Source: an uncultured Pseudomonadota bacterium
GTDB lineage: Bacteria > Oederibacteriota > Muellerivitia > Muellerivitales > Muellerivitaceae
Length of the DNA stretch: 64,000 bases
Assembly (NCBI GenBank): GCA_963770835.1
Contig: CAVYRH010000026.1
Coordinates: forward strand, 768,001 to 832,000
Reading direction: 5' to 3'
Below, in pieces: positions 50,779-60,361 of this stretch. Each line of letters begins with the position of its first letter. The stretch's first letter is position 1. Under the pieces are notes generated by a model. The model worked only from the letters and a program-made list of their open reading frames with translations, had not been told where the DNA came from and made no database searches. A program made the position numbers and the translations under genes.

Positions 50779-50808
50779 TAAGCGCCCTATAAAGGCGCTT
50801 ATTTTTTT
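50779..50808 (+). terminator. Rho-independent terminator after pilQ
   Basis: TAAGCGCC-CTATAAA-GGCGCTTA-TTTTTTT. Confidence 0.8.
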
Positions 50809-50868
50809 GCACAAAATGTAAGTCATGATAAAGAACCGATATTTAAACCAACCAAGATGGAGTGACCG

Positions 50869-52032
50869 ATGAGCATCCGTTTTTTAACAGCTGGGGAATC
50901 TCACGGCAAAGGCCTTATAGTGATTTTGGAGGGCTTTCCTGCCCACTTGAGCATTACAACAGAGGAAATTAACGTAGAGTTATCAAGACGCCAAAAAGGA
51001 TATGGCCGGGGTGGACGGATGCTTATTGAGAAAGATCAGGTGGAAATTTTATCGGGGGTTCGGAGAGGCGTAACAATTGGTTCGCCAATCACCTTATTCG
51101 TCAAAAATAAGGATTATGAGAATTGGGAAAAAATTATGACACCTGATCTTTCGACTGAAAATCTGGGCAAACCTCTTCAACGTCCTCGGCCGGGACACGC
51201 GGATTTATCGGGGGGACTTAAATATAACCAAAGAGATTTGAGAAATATATTGGAACGGGCCAGTGCGCGTGAAACAACAGTAAGGGTGGCGGCCGGGGCT
51301 GTCGCCAAAAAATTTCTGAAAAATTTCGGTATTTTGGTTCAAAGTCATGTTCGTCAACTCGGATCAATAAAATCTGATCCTTCGAATTTTCCCGACAATA
51401 AAATCAATGAAAGGGCTGATGAGTCATTAGTGCGGATGATTGAAAAAAAACAAGAAAAGAAAGCTATTAAACTTATTGATGCGGCCAAGAAAAACGGGGA
51501 TACCTTGGGAGGAATATTCGAGGTGATTTTAACGGGAGTTCCGCCGGGGCTTGGGAGTCACGTTCAATGGGACAGAAAATTAGATGGTAGGTTGGCCCAG
51601 GCTTTGTTGAGCATGCAAGCGGTAAAGGGGATTGAAATCGGTGAAGGTTTTAAAAATGCCTCATTGTACGGTTCGCAAGTACACGATGAGATTTTCTATT
51701 CGAAGGGAAGAGGTTTTCACCATTTGACTAATCGAGCAGGTGGGATTGAGGGTGGCATGAGCAATGGGGAACCAATTGTTGTGAGAATTGCCAAGAAGCC
51801 CATTTCGACCCTTCGAAAGCCACTTCGTTCCGTTGATATTGAAACCAAACATGAAATAAAGGCGGCGTACGAACGCTCCGATGTTTGTGCTTTGCCTGCC
51901 GCTTCTGTTATTGGGGAAGCACTTTGCGCGTGGGTGGTGGCAGACGCGTTCTTAGAAAAAATGGGAGGGGATTTTATGGCCGAAATCACTCAAAGGTTCA
52001 AACTTTATTCAAAACACGTAAAGAAATTCTAA
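50869..52032 (+). CDS. aroC: Chorismate synthase
   Basis: TAGESHG, RPGHADL, ERASARET, NRAGGIEGGMSNG, ERSDVC. Confidence 0.97.
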   Translation: MSIRFLTAGESHGKGLIVILEGFPAHLSITTEEINVELSRRQKGYGRGGRMLIEKDQVEILSGVRRGVTIGSPITLFVKNKDYENWEKIMTPDLSTENLGKPLQRPRPGHADLSGGLKYNQRDLRNILERASARETTVRVAAGAVAKKFLKNFGILVQSHVRQLGSIKSDPSNFPDNKINERADESLVRMIEKKQEKKAIKLIDAAKKNGDTLGGIFEVILTGVPPGLGSHVQWDRKLDGRLAQALLSMQAVKGIEIGEGFKNASLYGSQVHDEIFYSKGRGFHHLTNRAGGIEGGMSNGEPIVVRIAKKPISTLRKPLRSVDIETKHEIKAAYERSDVCALPAASVIGEALCAWVVADAFLEKMGGDFMAEITQRFKLYSKHVKKF

Positions 52033-52040
52033 TTCAGCTT

Positions 52041-52586
52041 ATGTCATTTACTTCTAATATTATACTTGTCGGATTTATGGGCGCCGGTAAAACGGAGACA
52101 GGAAAAGTAATTTCGGAGATTCTTGATCTTCGTTTTTGGGATATGGACGGATGGATTGAAAAAAAAAACAAAGAGACAATACCCAGAATTTTTCAAAAGA
52201 GAGGGGAAGTTTATTTTCGCCGACAGGAAGATAAGGCGATTTCGTGGTTAAGCCGTCAAAAAAAGTATATTGCGTCTACCGGTGGAGGTGCTTGGCTACA
52301 AGAGAAAAACAGAAAAAAACTTTTGAAAACCGGGTGGTGCATATGGCTAAAGGTTTCCGCGAAAGACGTTTGGCAAAGAGTTGGCAGCCATTTGGAACAG
52401 CGCCCCCTTTTGTCAACGTCGAAAAATCCGAAACAAAAGATAAAAATTTTACTAAGAAAAAGGAATCCATATTACGCCTTAGCTCATGCCAGTTTTGACA
52501 CAAGTGGGAAAAGTCCCCGGCAAGTCGCCATGGAAATAATAAAGATTTTTAAAGGAAAAAAACCTTTTAATGTATCCTCACGGTAA
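52041..52586 (+). CDS. aroK: Shikimate kinase
   Basis: NIILVGFMGAGKT, GEVYFR, STGGG, RPLL; ATG at 52041. Confidence 0.95.
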   Translation: MSFTSNIILVGFMGAGKTETGKVISEILDLRFWDMDGWIEKKNKETIPRIFQKRGEVYFRRQEDKAISWLSRQKKYIASTGGGAWLQEKNRKKLLKTGWCIWLKVSAKDVWQRVGSHLEQRPLLSTSKNPKQKIKILLRKRNPYYALAHASFDTSGKSPRQVAMEIIKIFKGKKPFNVSSR

Positions 52587-52827
52587 AAATATTTTCAATG
52601 TTACTTTTATATTTCTTGATAAAAGTTTTGTCATCAAAAATCCAATTTTTTTCAACTGGTTGAAAAAACATTAAATGACCGAAATCTATTAGAAACACCT
52701 TCAGGCAGATCATCCCTGAAAGACGTTCTGCTATTACAGCGCAGTCTTTCTGATGATCTGTATTTGTGATTCTGCTTTTATTACTTTGAAACTGTATACT
52801 CAAAGCAAAACAACGGAAAGGGAAACA

Positions 52828-53934
52828 GTGGTCCGTCAAGTAAAAGTCAAATTAGGTCCAAGAAGCTATCCTGTTTTCATCCAAAATGGCCTTTTGAAAA
52901 AATTTGAGTTTTATTTTCAAAAAGTAACATCTGCTAAGCGCGTTGCCATCCTTTCCACGATTCCAATTTACAAAGCCTATGGAGTGCGTCTTCTTAAAAG
53001 TTTGAAAAAAATTAATTTACGACCTCATATTATTTTTATTTCAGATGGGGAAAAGCAAAAAAACGAACAATCTTTATTTCGCGTATTGCAAACTCTGGCT
53101 CTTCATGGCTTTCAACGAAATGATTGTTTGGTAACATTGGGTGGCGGTGTTGTTGGGGATTTGGGGGGGTTGGCGGCCTCTTTGTATATGCGCGGGATTG
53201 ATTTCGTTCAATGTCCCACAACTCTTTTGGCACAAGTGGATGCAAGTATTGGAGGTAAGACGGCGATTGATTTTTCCGGAATCAAAAATCTGGTTGGAGC
53301 TTTTTATCAACCTAAATGTGTTTTGATCGATCCGGGGGTACTTCAAACCCTAAATGACCGCCAATTCAAGACGGGATTAGCCGAGGTGATTAAATATGGA
53401 GTTATCTGTGACGCCAACATGTTCGAGGATTTCGAAAATTACCCCAAATTAATTTTGAAAAGAGAACCGAAAATTCTTTTACGTTTGATTTCGAGGTCCT
53501 GCGAAATAAAAGCCGAAATCGTTTCGCGAGATGAGCGCGAAGAAGGGAAGAGAGCCTGGTTGAATTACGGACATACTTTGGGACACGCTTTGGAAGCTTA
53601 TTACCGGTATGAGGTTTTAACCCATGGGGAGGCAATCGCTTATGGGATGTGGTTTGCTTCCTTGCTTTCCAGGCGACTTCGCTTGTGCTCCGAAGATGTT
53701 CTTCAACGCCAGCGGGGTGTATTGGATAGAATGGGCTTGTTCCGAAAATTACCAAAGTTTCATCCACTGGAGATTTATCGAAAGATGCTTTTGGACAAAA
53801 AAGCCCGGAGCGGACAAGCCCAATTTATATTGACAAGAAAAATAGGTCTTGTTAGTATTCAAAAAAATATTCCCCGACCCATCATTCTTTCGGCTTTAGC
53901 TCAACTCCAAGCCGAAGCAAGTAACCGGCGTTAA
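52828..53934 (+). CDS. aroB: 3-dehydroquinate synthase
   Basis: GGGVVGDLGG, PTTLLAQVDASIGGKT, KNLVGAFYQP, LNYGHTLGHALE; GTG start at 52828. Confidence 0.97.
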   Translation: MVRQVKVKLGPRSYPVFIQNGLLKKFEFYFQKVTSAKRVAILSTIPIYKAYGVRLLKSLKKINLRPHIIFISDGEKQKNEQSLFRVLQTLALHGFQRNDCLVTLGGGVVGDLGGLAASLYMRGIDFVQCPTTLLAQVDASIGGKTAIDFSGIKNLVGAFYQPKCVLIDPGVLQTLNDRQFKTGLAEVIKYGVICDANMFEDFENYPKLILKREPKILLRLISRSCEIKAEIVSRDEREEGKRAWLNYGHTLGHALEAYYRYEVLTHGEAIAYGMWFASLLSRRLRLCSEDVLQRQRGVLDRMGLFRKLPKFHPLEIYRKMLLDKKARSGQAQFILTRKIGLVSIQKNIPRPIILSALAQLQAEASNRR

Positions 53935-53941
53935 GTCTGAA

Positions 53942-55231
53942 ATGAAGGATCCCGTTACGTCCGAAATCACCGAGCTTAAGAAAAAGTTAGAAGAAAACCC
54001 GGATTCCCTTGTTTTTGCACCCCTTGCGGATGCCTACCGCAAGCAAGGAAACTTGGAGGAAGCTTTCAATCTTTGCAAGAAGGGTTTGGAAAAACATCCT
54101 AATAATGCCAGTGCGCGTGTTGTCCTTGGTCGTGTTTATCATGGGCAAGGAAAAGTTCAAGAGGCTGCCGTCGAATTGAAGAGGGTTCTAGAATTAGATC
54201 CTGAAAACTTAATGGCCCACTCACTCTTGGGCTCAATTTTCATGGAAAAGGGCGATCACCAGGCGGCCATCGAAGAATATCAAAAAATACTAACCCTCAA
54301 TCCAGACGATGACGAAACCCAAACGGCTTTGAAACAAGCAATTGAAAAGGCCGCGGGGGAACAAAAAAGCGATTCAGTGGTAAAAAAAGACAAGACTCTT
54401 CATGAAAAAAAAACCTTTACCAAGGACAGCACGGCGACTTTAACTGTTGCTGAACTTTATCTGAAGCAGGGACATTATGACAGAGCGATGGAGGTATTCC
54501 AGGAACTTCTTGCTCATGATCCACAAAACTTAATGTTGCGACAGAAGTTAGCCGAAGTCGTTGATCGTCAACAAAAAGAGTTTGTTGTCGATTCTGCCGT
54601 CTCAAAACTCAAGAAAAACGAGTTTATCAAACCACCTGATCAAAAAGAAGACATCCTGGAAGAGGCCCGCAGCGATGTCAAGGGTCAAGGAAAATCTAAG
54701 AAGGAAGACGATTCCAAATTCACCAACGACGATATTCTTCAAGTTATGCGTCGGGGGGGAAAAGATGATGTGGTGGTTGAAGAGAAAAAGAAACAACAAA
54801 TGCCCCTCGCTGTCAGCCCTTTGTCAGATTCCAAAGTGCCTGTTTCGGAAAAAAAGACGGATTCTTCATTACAACTTTCTCAAATAAACGAGCTTAAAGG
54901 GGTCTTGGCCGAACTAAGTTCCGTAGAGGGAATCATAAGGTGCTTCGTTACGGGAAACGACGGAATTACCATTGTTTCCATGGGAGAAACCAGTAATAAT
55001 GCTGTTTTGGGTAAGCAGGCATCAGCCATCTTTGAGAGTACCAACCGTTCAGTAGCGCAACTAAACCAAGGAAAAATGCAACAAGTTTTGGTCACGGCTG
55101 AGTCCGGCCACATTTTATTAGTTTCTTTTGCCGACTATGTTTTGGTGGTTTTAGCCAATAGTAAAATTAATTTAGGCCTTTTAAGACTGGCTTTAGAATC
55201 AGCCACCAGGAAATTGGACAGAATTTTATAG
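53942..55231 (+). CDS. TPR-repeat protein fused to a C-terminal Roadblock/LC7 domain
   Basis: TPRs (FAPLADAYRKQG, LELDPEN, TVAELYLKQG), charged linker, then roadblock-like VEGII...GNDGITI...NLGLLRL. Confidence 0.8.
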   Translation: MKDPVTSEITELKKKLEENPDSLVFAPLADAYRKQGNLEEAFNLCKKGLEKHPNNASARVVLGRVYHGQGKVQEAAVELKRVLELDPENLMAHSLLGSIFMEKGDHQAAIEEYQKILTLNPDDDETQTALKQAIEKAAGEQKSDSVVKKDKTLHEKKTFTKDSTATLTVAELYLKQGHYDRAMEVFQELLAHDPQNLMLRQKLAEVVDRQQKEFVVDSAVSKLKKNEFIKPPDQKEDILEEARSDVKGQGKSKKEDDSKFTNDDILQVMRRGGKDDVVVEEKKKQQMPLAVSPLSDSKVPVSEKKTDSSLQLSQINELKGVLAELSSVEGIIRCFVTGNDGITIVSMGETSNNAVLGKQASAIFESTNRSVAQLNQGKMQQVLVTAESGHILLVSFADYVLVVLANSKINLGLLRLALESATRKLDRIL

Positions 55232-55304
55232 TTTTCGAACAAAAAAAAAATTATATTGTCCTGCCTTAAAGGTTTTCAAATGCCCATAAATCGGATTTAA
55301 ACCC

Positions 55305-55664
55305 ATGGACTTTAAAAAAATATTAGAGGAAACTCTTTCCAACGTCGAGGGGGCCATCGGGGCCGGATTGGTTGGCATGGACGGCATCGTGATCGATCAA
55401 ATTTCCCATAATTCATCATTTGATATTAATGCTGTTGGAGCGGAGTATTCCAGTATCATTAAAAACGCAATGCGGGCCTCGTCCAATTTCGGCCTTGGAA
55501 ATACCGCCGAAATTTTAATCACCACGGATAAGGCCACAATGATCATGATGATGGTTGGACTAAATTATTTTGTAACATTGGCCATCAATTTGGATGGAAA
55601 TTTAGGAAGGGGTCGTTTGGAGCTTAAAAAAGCCATCCCGAAATTCGAGAAAGAGCTGACTTAG
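55305..55664 (+). CDS. Roadblock/LC7 domain protein
   Basis: VEGAIGAGLVGMDGIVID, GAEY, GNLGRGRLEL. Confidence 0.88.
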   Translation: MDFKKILEETLSNVEGAIGAGLVGMDGIVIDQISHNSSFDINAVGAEYSSIIKNAMRASSNFGLGNTAEILITTDKATMIMMMVGLNYFVTLAINLDGNLGRGRLELKKAIPKFEKELT

Positions 55665-55668
55665 ATCT

Positions 55669-56514
55669 TTGATTCCAAAATCCAAAACGCCTTCGGCTGA
55701 TTCTTCTTTGAATGTAATATTTTATTCCCACTGGCCTGAAATTTTCCGATCATGGTTTTGGCGTTTCTACGACCACCTTTTTCGACTTGTCTTTTATAAC
55801 TTCGCTTGGGTGCTTTCTTGTTATTGCATTGGATGGATCTGGGTCCATTTCAAATGGGTTGAAATCTCGAAAGAAATTAATCTTTCTCAGCTTTTCCAGG
55901 TTTATTTTTTATATCTCGTGGAAAGTGCATTTTCAATTGGCTGGGCTCATTTAGTGTTTAAAATATTTATCGATGGCCAAGGTGGATTCGCAGACTTTTG
56001 GATCGGTACCAAGAAATATTTATTAAAAGCCATTGGTGTTTCAGCTGTTTCGGGTTTACTGGTTTGTTTGGGGCTTTACAATCTTTATTTCTATTTTTTG
56101 CTCGTCAATGAAAATCGTTCATTAGCGATCTTTTTAGGGGCTTTTACTCTCTGGATATTGCTTTCCTGGTTGTCCACCTGTCTTTATCAATGGCCAATTC
56201 TCTTTTTCCAAAACCCCCCATTTCTTAAAATTTATTATAAGGCGTTCCTGTTGGCCTTGGGAAATGGCTTGGTTTCACTCGGAATTCTCTTTTTTTTTGT
56301 TATTTGTTTCGGATTTTTTTTGATAGTACCATTTATGCTATTTTTCATTGGGTTCGTCTTTTTCTTTTCCTTCCAATGCGTCGCGCTTGAAAAGAACTTA
56401 TTAAAGTATAAAATAACCTACGGCGACAAAGAACTAGAGCCGTTCTTGGAATACTTGGAGGCCGAACGTCAAAGAAGCTGGCGCGAACTTCTGAAGCCTT
56501 GGGGGAATCGATGA
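55669..56514 (+). CDS. Hypothetical polytopic membrane protein
   Basis: About 5-6 TM segments; stop overlaps the next start (ATGA). Confidence 0.65.
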   Translation: MIPKSKTPSADSSLNVIFYSHWPEIFRSWFWRFYDHLFRLVFYNFAWVLSCYCIGWIWVHFKWVEISKEINLSQLFQVYFLYLVESAFSIGWAHLVFKIFIDGQGGFADFWIGTKKYLLKAIGVSAVSGLLVCLGLYNLYFYFLLVNENRSLAIFLGAFTLWILLSWLSTCLYQWPILFFQNPPFLKIYYKAFLLALGNGLVSLGILFFFVICFGFFLIVPFMLFFIGFVFFFSFQCVALEKNLLKYKITYGDKELEPFLEYLEAERQRSWRELLKPWGNR

Positions 56515-56795
56515 AGAAGCGGATAAATTGGGTGACAGCAGTAACTGGCGCAGCGCTTCTTTACCTTATTCTCAGTGGTAATCGTGGTTTATGGAATCTT
56601 TACAAGCTTCATCAAGAAAAACAAAACTTGTCGGGGCAAGTGGAACAGTTAAAATCCGAGATCGGCCGGTATCAGGTTGAGTATCAAGATTTCCAAAGAA
56701 ATCCTTCCGTGCTAGAAAAACAGGCTCGTGAAGAGTTGAATCTTGTGAAACCAGGCGAAGTCGTCTACAAATTCACGAAAGCCGACCATCCTTGA
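56511..56795 (+). CDS. ftsB: Septum formation initiator (FtsB/DivIC family)
   Basis: TM helix, GNRGL, coiled coil, EKQAREELNLVKPGEVVY. Confidence 0.88.
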   Translation: MKKRINWVTAVTGAALLYLILSGNRGLWNLYKLHQEKQNLSGQVEQLKSEIGRYQVEYQDFQRNPSVLEKQAREELNLVKPGEVVYKFTKADHP

Positions 56796-56816
56796 GAACC
56801 GGTTACTGATTCGTCA

Positions 56817-56845
56817 TTGACTTCCCTCGTCTGGCTCGTTATTCT
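56817..56845 (+). promoter_or_regulatory. Putative sigma70 promoter upstream of the tRNA genes
   Basis: TTGACT-N17-TATTCT. Confidence 0.55.
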
Positions 56846-56972
56846 ATTTTTCTTTTTGAGCCATCCGGTAAACTCTGACTGACGGACATCTTAACTTAAG
56901 TAAGACTATTCTCAGTTTGGGTTTTATGCCATCATTTGGCTTTTTCCATCACGATGGTATACAGGGTTTTTC

Positions 56973-57060
56973 GCCGAGATGGCGGAACTGGCAGACGCAA
57001 GGGACTTAAAATCCCTCGGGCCTAAAGCCCGTCCCGGTTCGATTCCGGGTCTCGGCACCA
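56973..57060 (+). tRNA. tRNA-Leu (TAA)
   Basis: GCCGAGA/TCTCGGC acceptor stem, AGGGA-CTTAAAA-TCCCT anticodon arm, long variable arm, GGTTCGATTCC, encoded CCA. Confidence 0.97.
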
Positions 57061-57168
57061 ACTTTCGCTCTCTGGTCGTTTCAAAGGAAAAGTAATTTTT
57101 GCGATATTGCTTTTTTCTGTTTAGAAAGATGTTTGAGTTTTAAGGCGTTGATTGATACGCCAAATAGA

Positions 57169-57245
<77 letters not shown>

Positions 57246-57249
57246 ACCT

Positions 57250-57288
57250 AAGAAGCCGTACCTAACTGGTACGGCTTCTTTATTTTTA
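57250..57288 (+). terminator. Rho-independent terminator after tRNA-fMet
   Basis: AAGAAGCCGTACC-TAACT-GGTACGGCTTCTT-TATTTTT. Confidence 0.88.
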
Positions 57289-57463
57289 TAAATCAAATCA
57301 AAATATCCAGATGCCTAAGAGCTTAAAAGAAGTTCAAAGATGCATGACCTTAGGGTGGAACGGTAATTTTAAAAACTTAAAAACTCCCTCGGAATATTTT
57401 GGAAACGCATGGATTTTGATTTTCAAACTGGGTTTTATAACAAAACTTTGATTTGAGGTTTCC

Positions 57464-57697
57464 TTGGAAACGATTTATCTTCGAATTGAAAAAAAGAATC
57501 GAGGTGGAAAAACCGTTACAATTTTAGAGGGATTTACCCGTCGCCAAGAGGAAATCAAGGAATTGGCCCGAAGGATCAAATCCAACATAGGAGCTGGTGG
57601 AACGGTAAAAAACGGTTGTATTGAAATCCAAGGGGATTTTCGAAAGCAAATATCGGTTATGCTCCAAGAGTTAGGGCTTCTGATCAAAGGTTATTAA
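57464..57697 (+). CDS. SUI1/YciH translation initiation factor family
   Basis: RGGKTVT, GAGGTVK, IEIQGD; GAGG RBS before the TTG start. Confidence 0.9.
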   Translation: METIYLRIEKKNRGGKTVTILEGFTRRQEEIKELARRIKSNIGAGGTVKNGCIEIQGDFRKQISVMLQELGLLIKGY

Positions 57698-57733
57698 TTA
57701 AGAGGTTCTCAAGATCTCGCTTGGGAGAGTCGC

Positions 57734-58531
57734 TTGCGCGTATTCGCCTCTATCTCACCCTGGCTTCCTTTATTGAAAGATTATCTTACATCCTTGGTTG
57801 TGTTAGAAGAAAAAGCTGCCGAACTTTATCATCTTTCGCTTTTGGAAAAACCTTCAATTTCGCACAGGTTGAAAGAAACGGTTCTGGGAGTGTGGAAGGA
57901 TGGGAAGTCATCCAGGCCTCTGCATGATCACTTGATCCGTCATGGATTCCAGAGGCGTTCCGTTATAATTAGCGACGTGATTGGTTCTTCCAACGGTTAT
58001 TTTCGAGAAGATCTAGGAATTATCCGGTTTATTTGCCCCCAAACCCGCCAAAACCAAAAACCAGTTAACCAAGGCTTGTCAGCTATGCCTGACAAAAAGG
58101 CAGTTTTGTTGTTGGAAAATCCCCATTTTGTGGATGTCTCCTATCTTGGAATAAATTACGAGGTATTTATTCCCCAGGTTGGTCGATTTATTTTAGGTAA
58201 AGGGTTAGAGCTAAAAACTGGACGGTTCTTGAACGCCAACAAGGTTTACGAGTCCGCCCAAAATTTATTGATGATTTTAGATTTATTGGCAACTCACGAA
58301 GACTTGCAAGAGGAGGCCCTTAATGATTTTTTGGAAATCCGCCCCCCTGTTCTTGTCAAGGAATTGCTTCAACTTCTCAAACGGAATGGCCCGGGTTCAA
58401 TTTTATGGGACTCGGCCCAAAGGTTTTATCTGGAGAGGTATCCCGGCTCGAAAATTGTCACCTTGACGAAATGGTATTGGGAATTTTTGCCTCGCGCGGC
58501 CAGGTTTCTTGAAAAACAAAAAATTCCTTGA
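57734..58531 (+). CDS. Hypothetical protein
   Basis: 265-aa ORF filling the gap between same-strand genes; no family recognised. Confidence 0.55.
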   Translation: MRVFASISPWLPLLKDYLTSLVVLEEKAAELYHLSLLEKPSISHRLKETVLGVWKDGKSSRPLHDHLIRHGFQRRSVIISDVIGSSNGYFREDLGIIRFICPQTRQNQKPVNQGLSAMPDKKAVLLLENPHFVDVSYLGINYEVFIPQVGRFILGKGLELKTGRFLNANKVYESAQNLLMILDLLATHEDLQEEALNDFLEIRPPVLVKELLQLLKRNGPGSILWDSAQRFYLERYPGSKIVTLTKWYWEFLPRAARFLEKQKIP

Positions 58532-58572
58532 CCTAAGGTGTGAAGATGTCTTTCAGTTGATAAAATGATCTT

Positions 58573-59328
58573 ATGAACCCAATGTTCCGAGAATCACACT
58601 TTAAATCACCGCCGGTTGCCCTGATCACCGGCGCGGCGAGTACCTTGGGCGCTGCCATCAGCCGAAAATTAGCACAAAAGGGATTTTGTTTAGCACTGCA
58701 TTATGGGAAATCCCGTGGAAAAGTTCTCCGAATTCAAAAAGAGTTATCCTCTGTGGGTGTCGAAAGTCTCCTGGTGCAAGCCGATTTGTCCAGGCCTACC
58801 CGAGTTGGGCCGATGCTCCACCGTCTTGTCCGACAATGGGGGCGGTTAGACCTTGTCGTGAACAATGCCTCCCTTTTTAAGCCAACCCCCATTATGAAAA
58901 GTGACTGGAAAAATTGGACGAAGTTGTTGAATATTAATTCACTCTCTCCTTACGCCTTGGCCGTGGCCGCCAGGCCTTGGCTAAAAGTAACCAGGGGAAG
59001 CATCGTAAATATCTGCGATATTTATGGAGAATTGCCAGTTCTTAAGGATTATGCGGCTTATAGCGCCTCCAAGGCGGCACTTCTTTTTATCACTAAATAT
59101 TTAGCAGTGGAATTCGCCCCCGCGATAAGGGTTAACGCAGTTTCGCCGGGAGTCATATCGTTCCCGAAAGGATACGGCGATCGTAAAAGGCGAAAACTGA
59201 TTCAACGGTCGTCTTTAAAGAGACAGGGCACACCGGCGGAAATAGCGGAAGCAGTTTGGTTTCTGGCGTCCAACCAGTTTATTACTGGCCAAGTTTTAAA
59301 AGTGGACGGTGGCCGCACTATTTCCTAA
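58573..59328 (+). CDS. SDR, pteridine reductase/FolM-like
   Basis: ALITGAASTLG, LALHY, NNASLF, NICD, YSASK, ITGQVLKVDGGR; adjacent to folBK. Confidence 0.85.
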   Translation: MNPMFRESHFKSPPVALITGAASTLGAAISRKLAQKGFCLALHYGKSRGKVLRIQKELSSVGVESLLVQADLSRPTRVGPMLHRLVRQWGRLDLVVNNASLFKPTPIMKSDWKNWTKLLNINSLSPYALAVAARPWLKVTRGSIVNICDIYGELPVLKDYAAYSASKAALLFITKYLAVEFAPAIRVNAVSPGVISFPKGYGDRKRRKLIQRSSLKRQGTPAEIAEAVWFLASNQFITGQVLKVDGGRTIS

Positions 59329-60215
59329 AGCTTCTGAGGATGGAAGTCCTTGAAGATATTTTCTGGCAATTGGCGGATTTCTTGCGCCAGATCCTTAAAT
59401 CGTGCGGCCAATTCGATTATGGGCTTTCCCAGAGCGGGGTGGACAAGGTTGGGACCAATTTCCAGGAGCGGGAAAAGCACAAAGGCTTTTATCTCGATAT
59501 CAGGATGAGGCAGCGAAAAGTATTTGTTTTTTTCAATGTGGTCACCCCAAAGCAGAAGATCGATATCCAGCGTACGGGGCCCGGAAGCGTTTGAAGAGTG
59601 GCGACGGCCTGCCTTTTTTTCCAGAGTTCTGACCCAGGTTCGGATAACTTTTGGAAAATCTTCGCCTTCGACCGCAACAACCAGATTCCAAAAGGGAGCC
59701 TGCTTAGAATGCCCTACCGGAGACGTCTCGTAAACGTGCGAAAGACCTACGATCGGATATTTTTTTCGGATTTCGTACAAGGCGGTTTCAAGGTTTTGTT
59801 TAGGGTTAATATTGGAGCCGAGGCTAAAAAGAATCTTTTTTGCCAATCCTATATTGCTGGAGACCCGTTTGATCCGGATGCCGACGTTTTGGGATCCCCG
59901 GATAGCCCCGGGTTTGGAAATGGACACATCGATTTCAGACAAAGGAAAGTTCTCGAGAAGGAGGCTGGCCAACTGTTCCGCTAAGGTTTCAATCAACTGG
60001 AACCTGCTTTTTTCCACGAAGGCGATAGTGGCTTTGGCTATTTTTTTATAATCCACCGTATCATTGATGAAATCCCTTTGGGACGCCCTTCGGATATCAC
60101 AAGGAAACCTCAGATCGATGATGACGTTCTGTTTCCTTTTCCGTTCCCATTCAAAAATACCAATGATGCAAGGAATCTTTAAACCAGTTAGGAAAATATA
60201 ATCATTGGATGTCAA
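59325..60215 (-). CDS. folK: Fused dihydroneopterin aldolase / HPPK (FolB-FolK)
   Basis: IGIFEWER, TVDY, LIETLAE, KPGA (FolB), then SLGSNI, YETSP, PRTLDIDLL, LPHP (FolK). Confidence 0.92.
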   Translation of the reverse strand: MTSNDYIFLTGLKIPCIIGIFEWERKRKQNVIIDLRFPCDIRRASQRDFINDTVDYKKIAKATIAFVEKSRFQLIETLAEQLASLLLENFPLSEIDVSISKPGAIRGSQNVGIRIKRVSSNIGLAKKILFSLGSNINPKQNLETALYEIRKKYPIVGLSHVYETSPVGHSKQAPFWNLVVAVEGEDFPKVIRTWVRTLEKKAGRRHSSNASGPRTLDIDLLLWGDHIEKNKYFSLPHPDIEIKAFVLFPLLEIGPNLVHPALGKPIIELAARFKDLAQEIRQLPENIFKDFHPQKL

Positions 60216-60361
60216 ACCTGTGCCCCTTTAAAAATAATGAATAGCGTGATTTTATTGGAAAAACAGCTGAAACGTACTGCTATTTTAACTTCCTCTTTCG
60301 ATTGAGACCGGTTCGATAAATACCAGTTGACGCTTTATTCTCCTTTTGTTTCCATGGCTTT

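Noticed and set aside
56860..56900. GGTAAACTC resembling the start of a c-di-GMP-I riboswitch
   Set aside because: Lacks the GAAA tetraloop stem, the GCAAAGC motif and the second stem.
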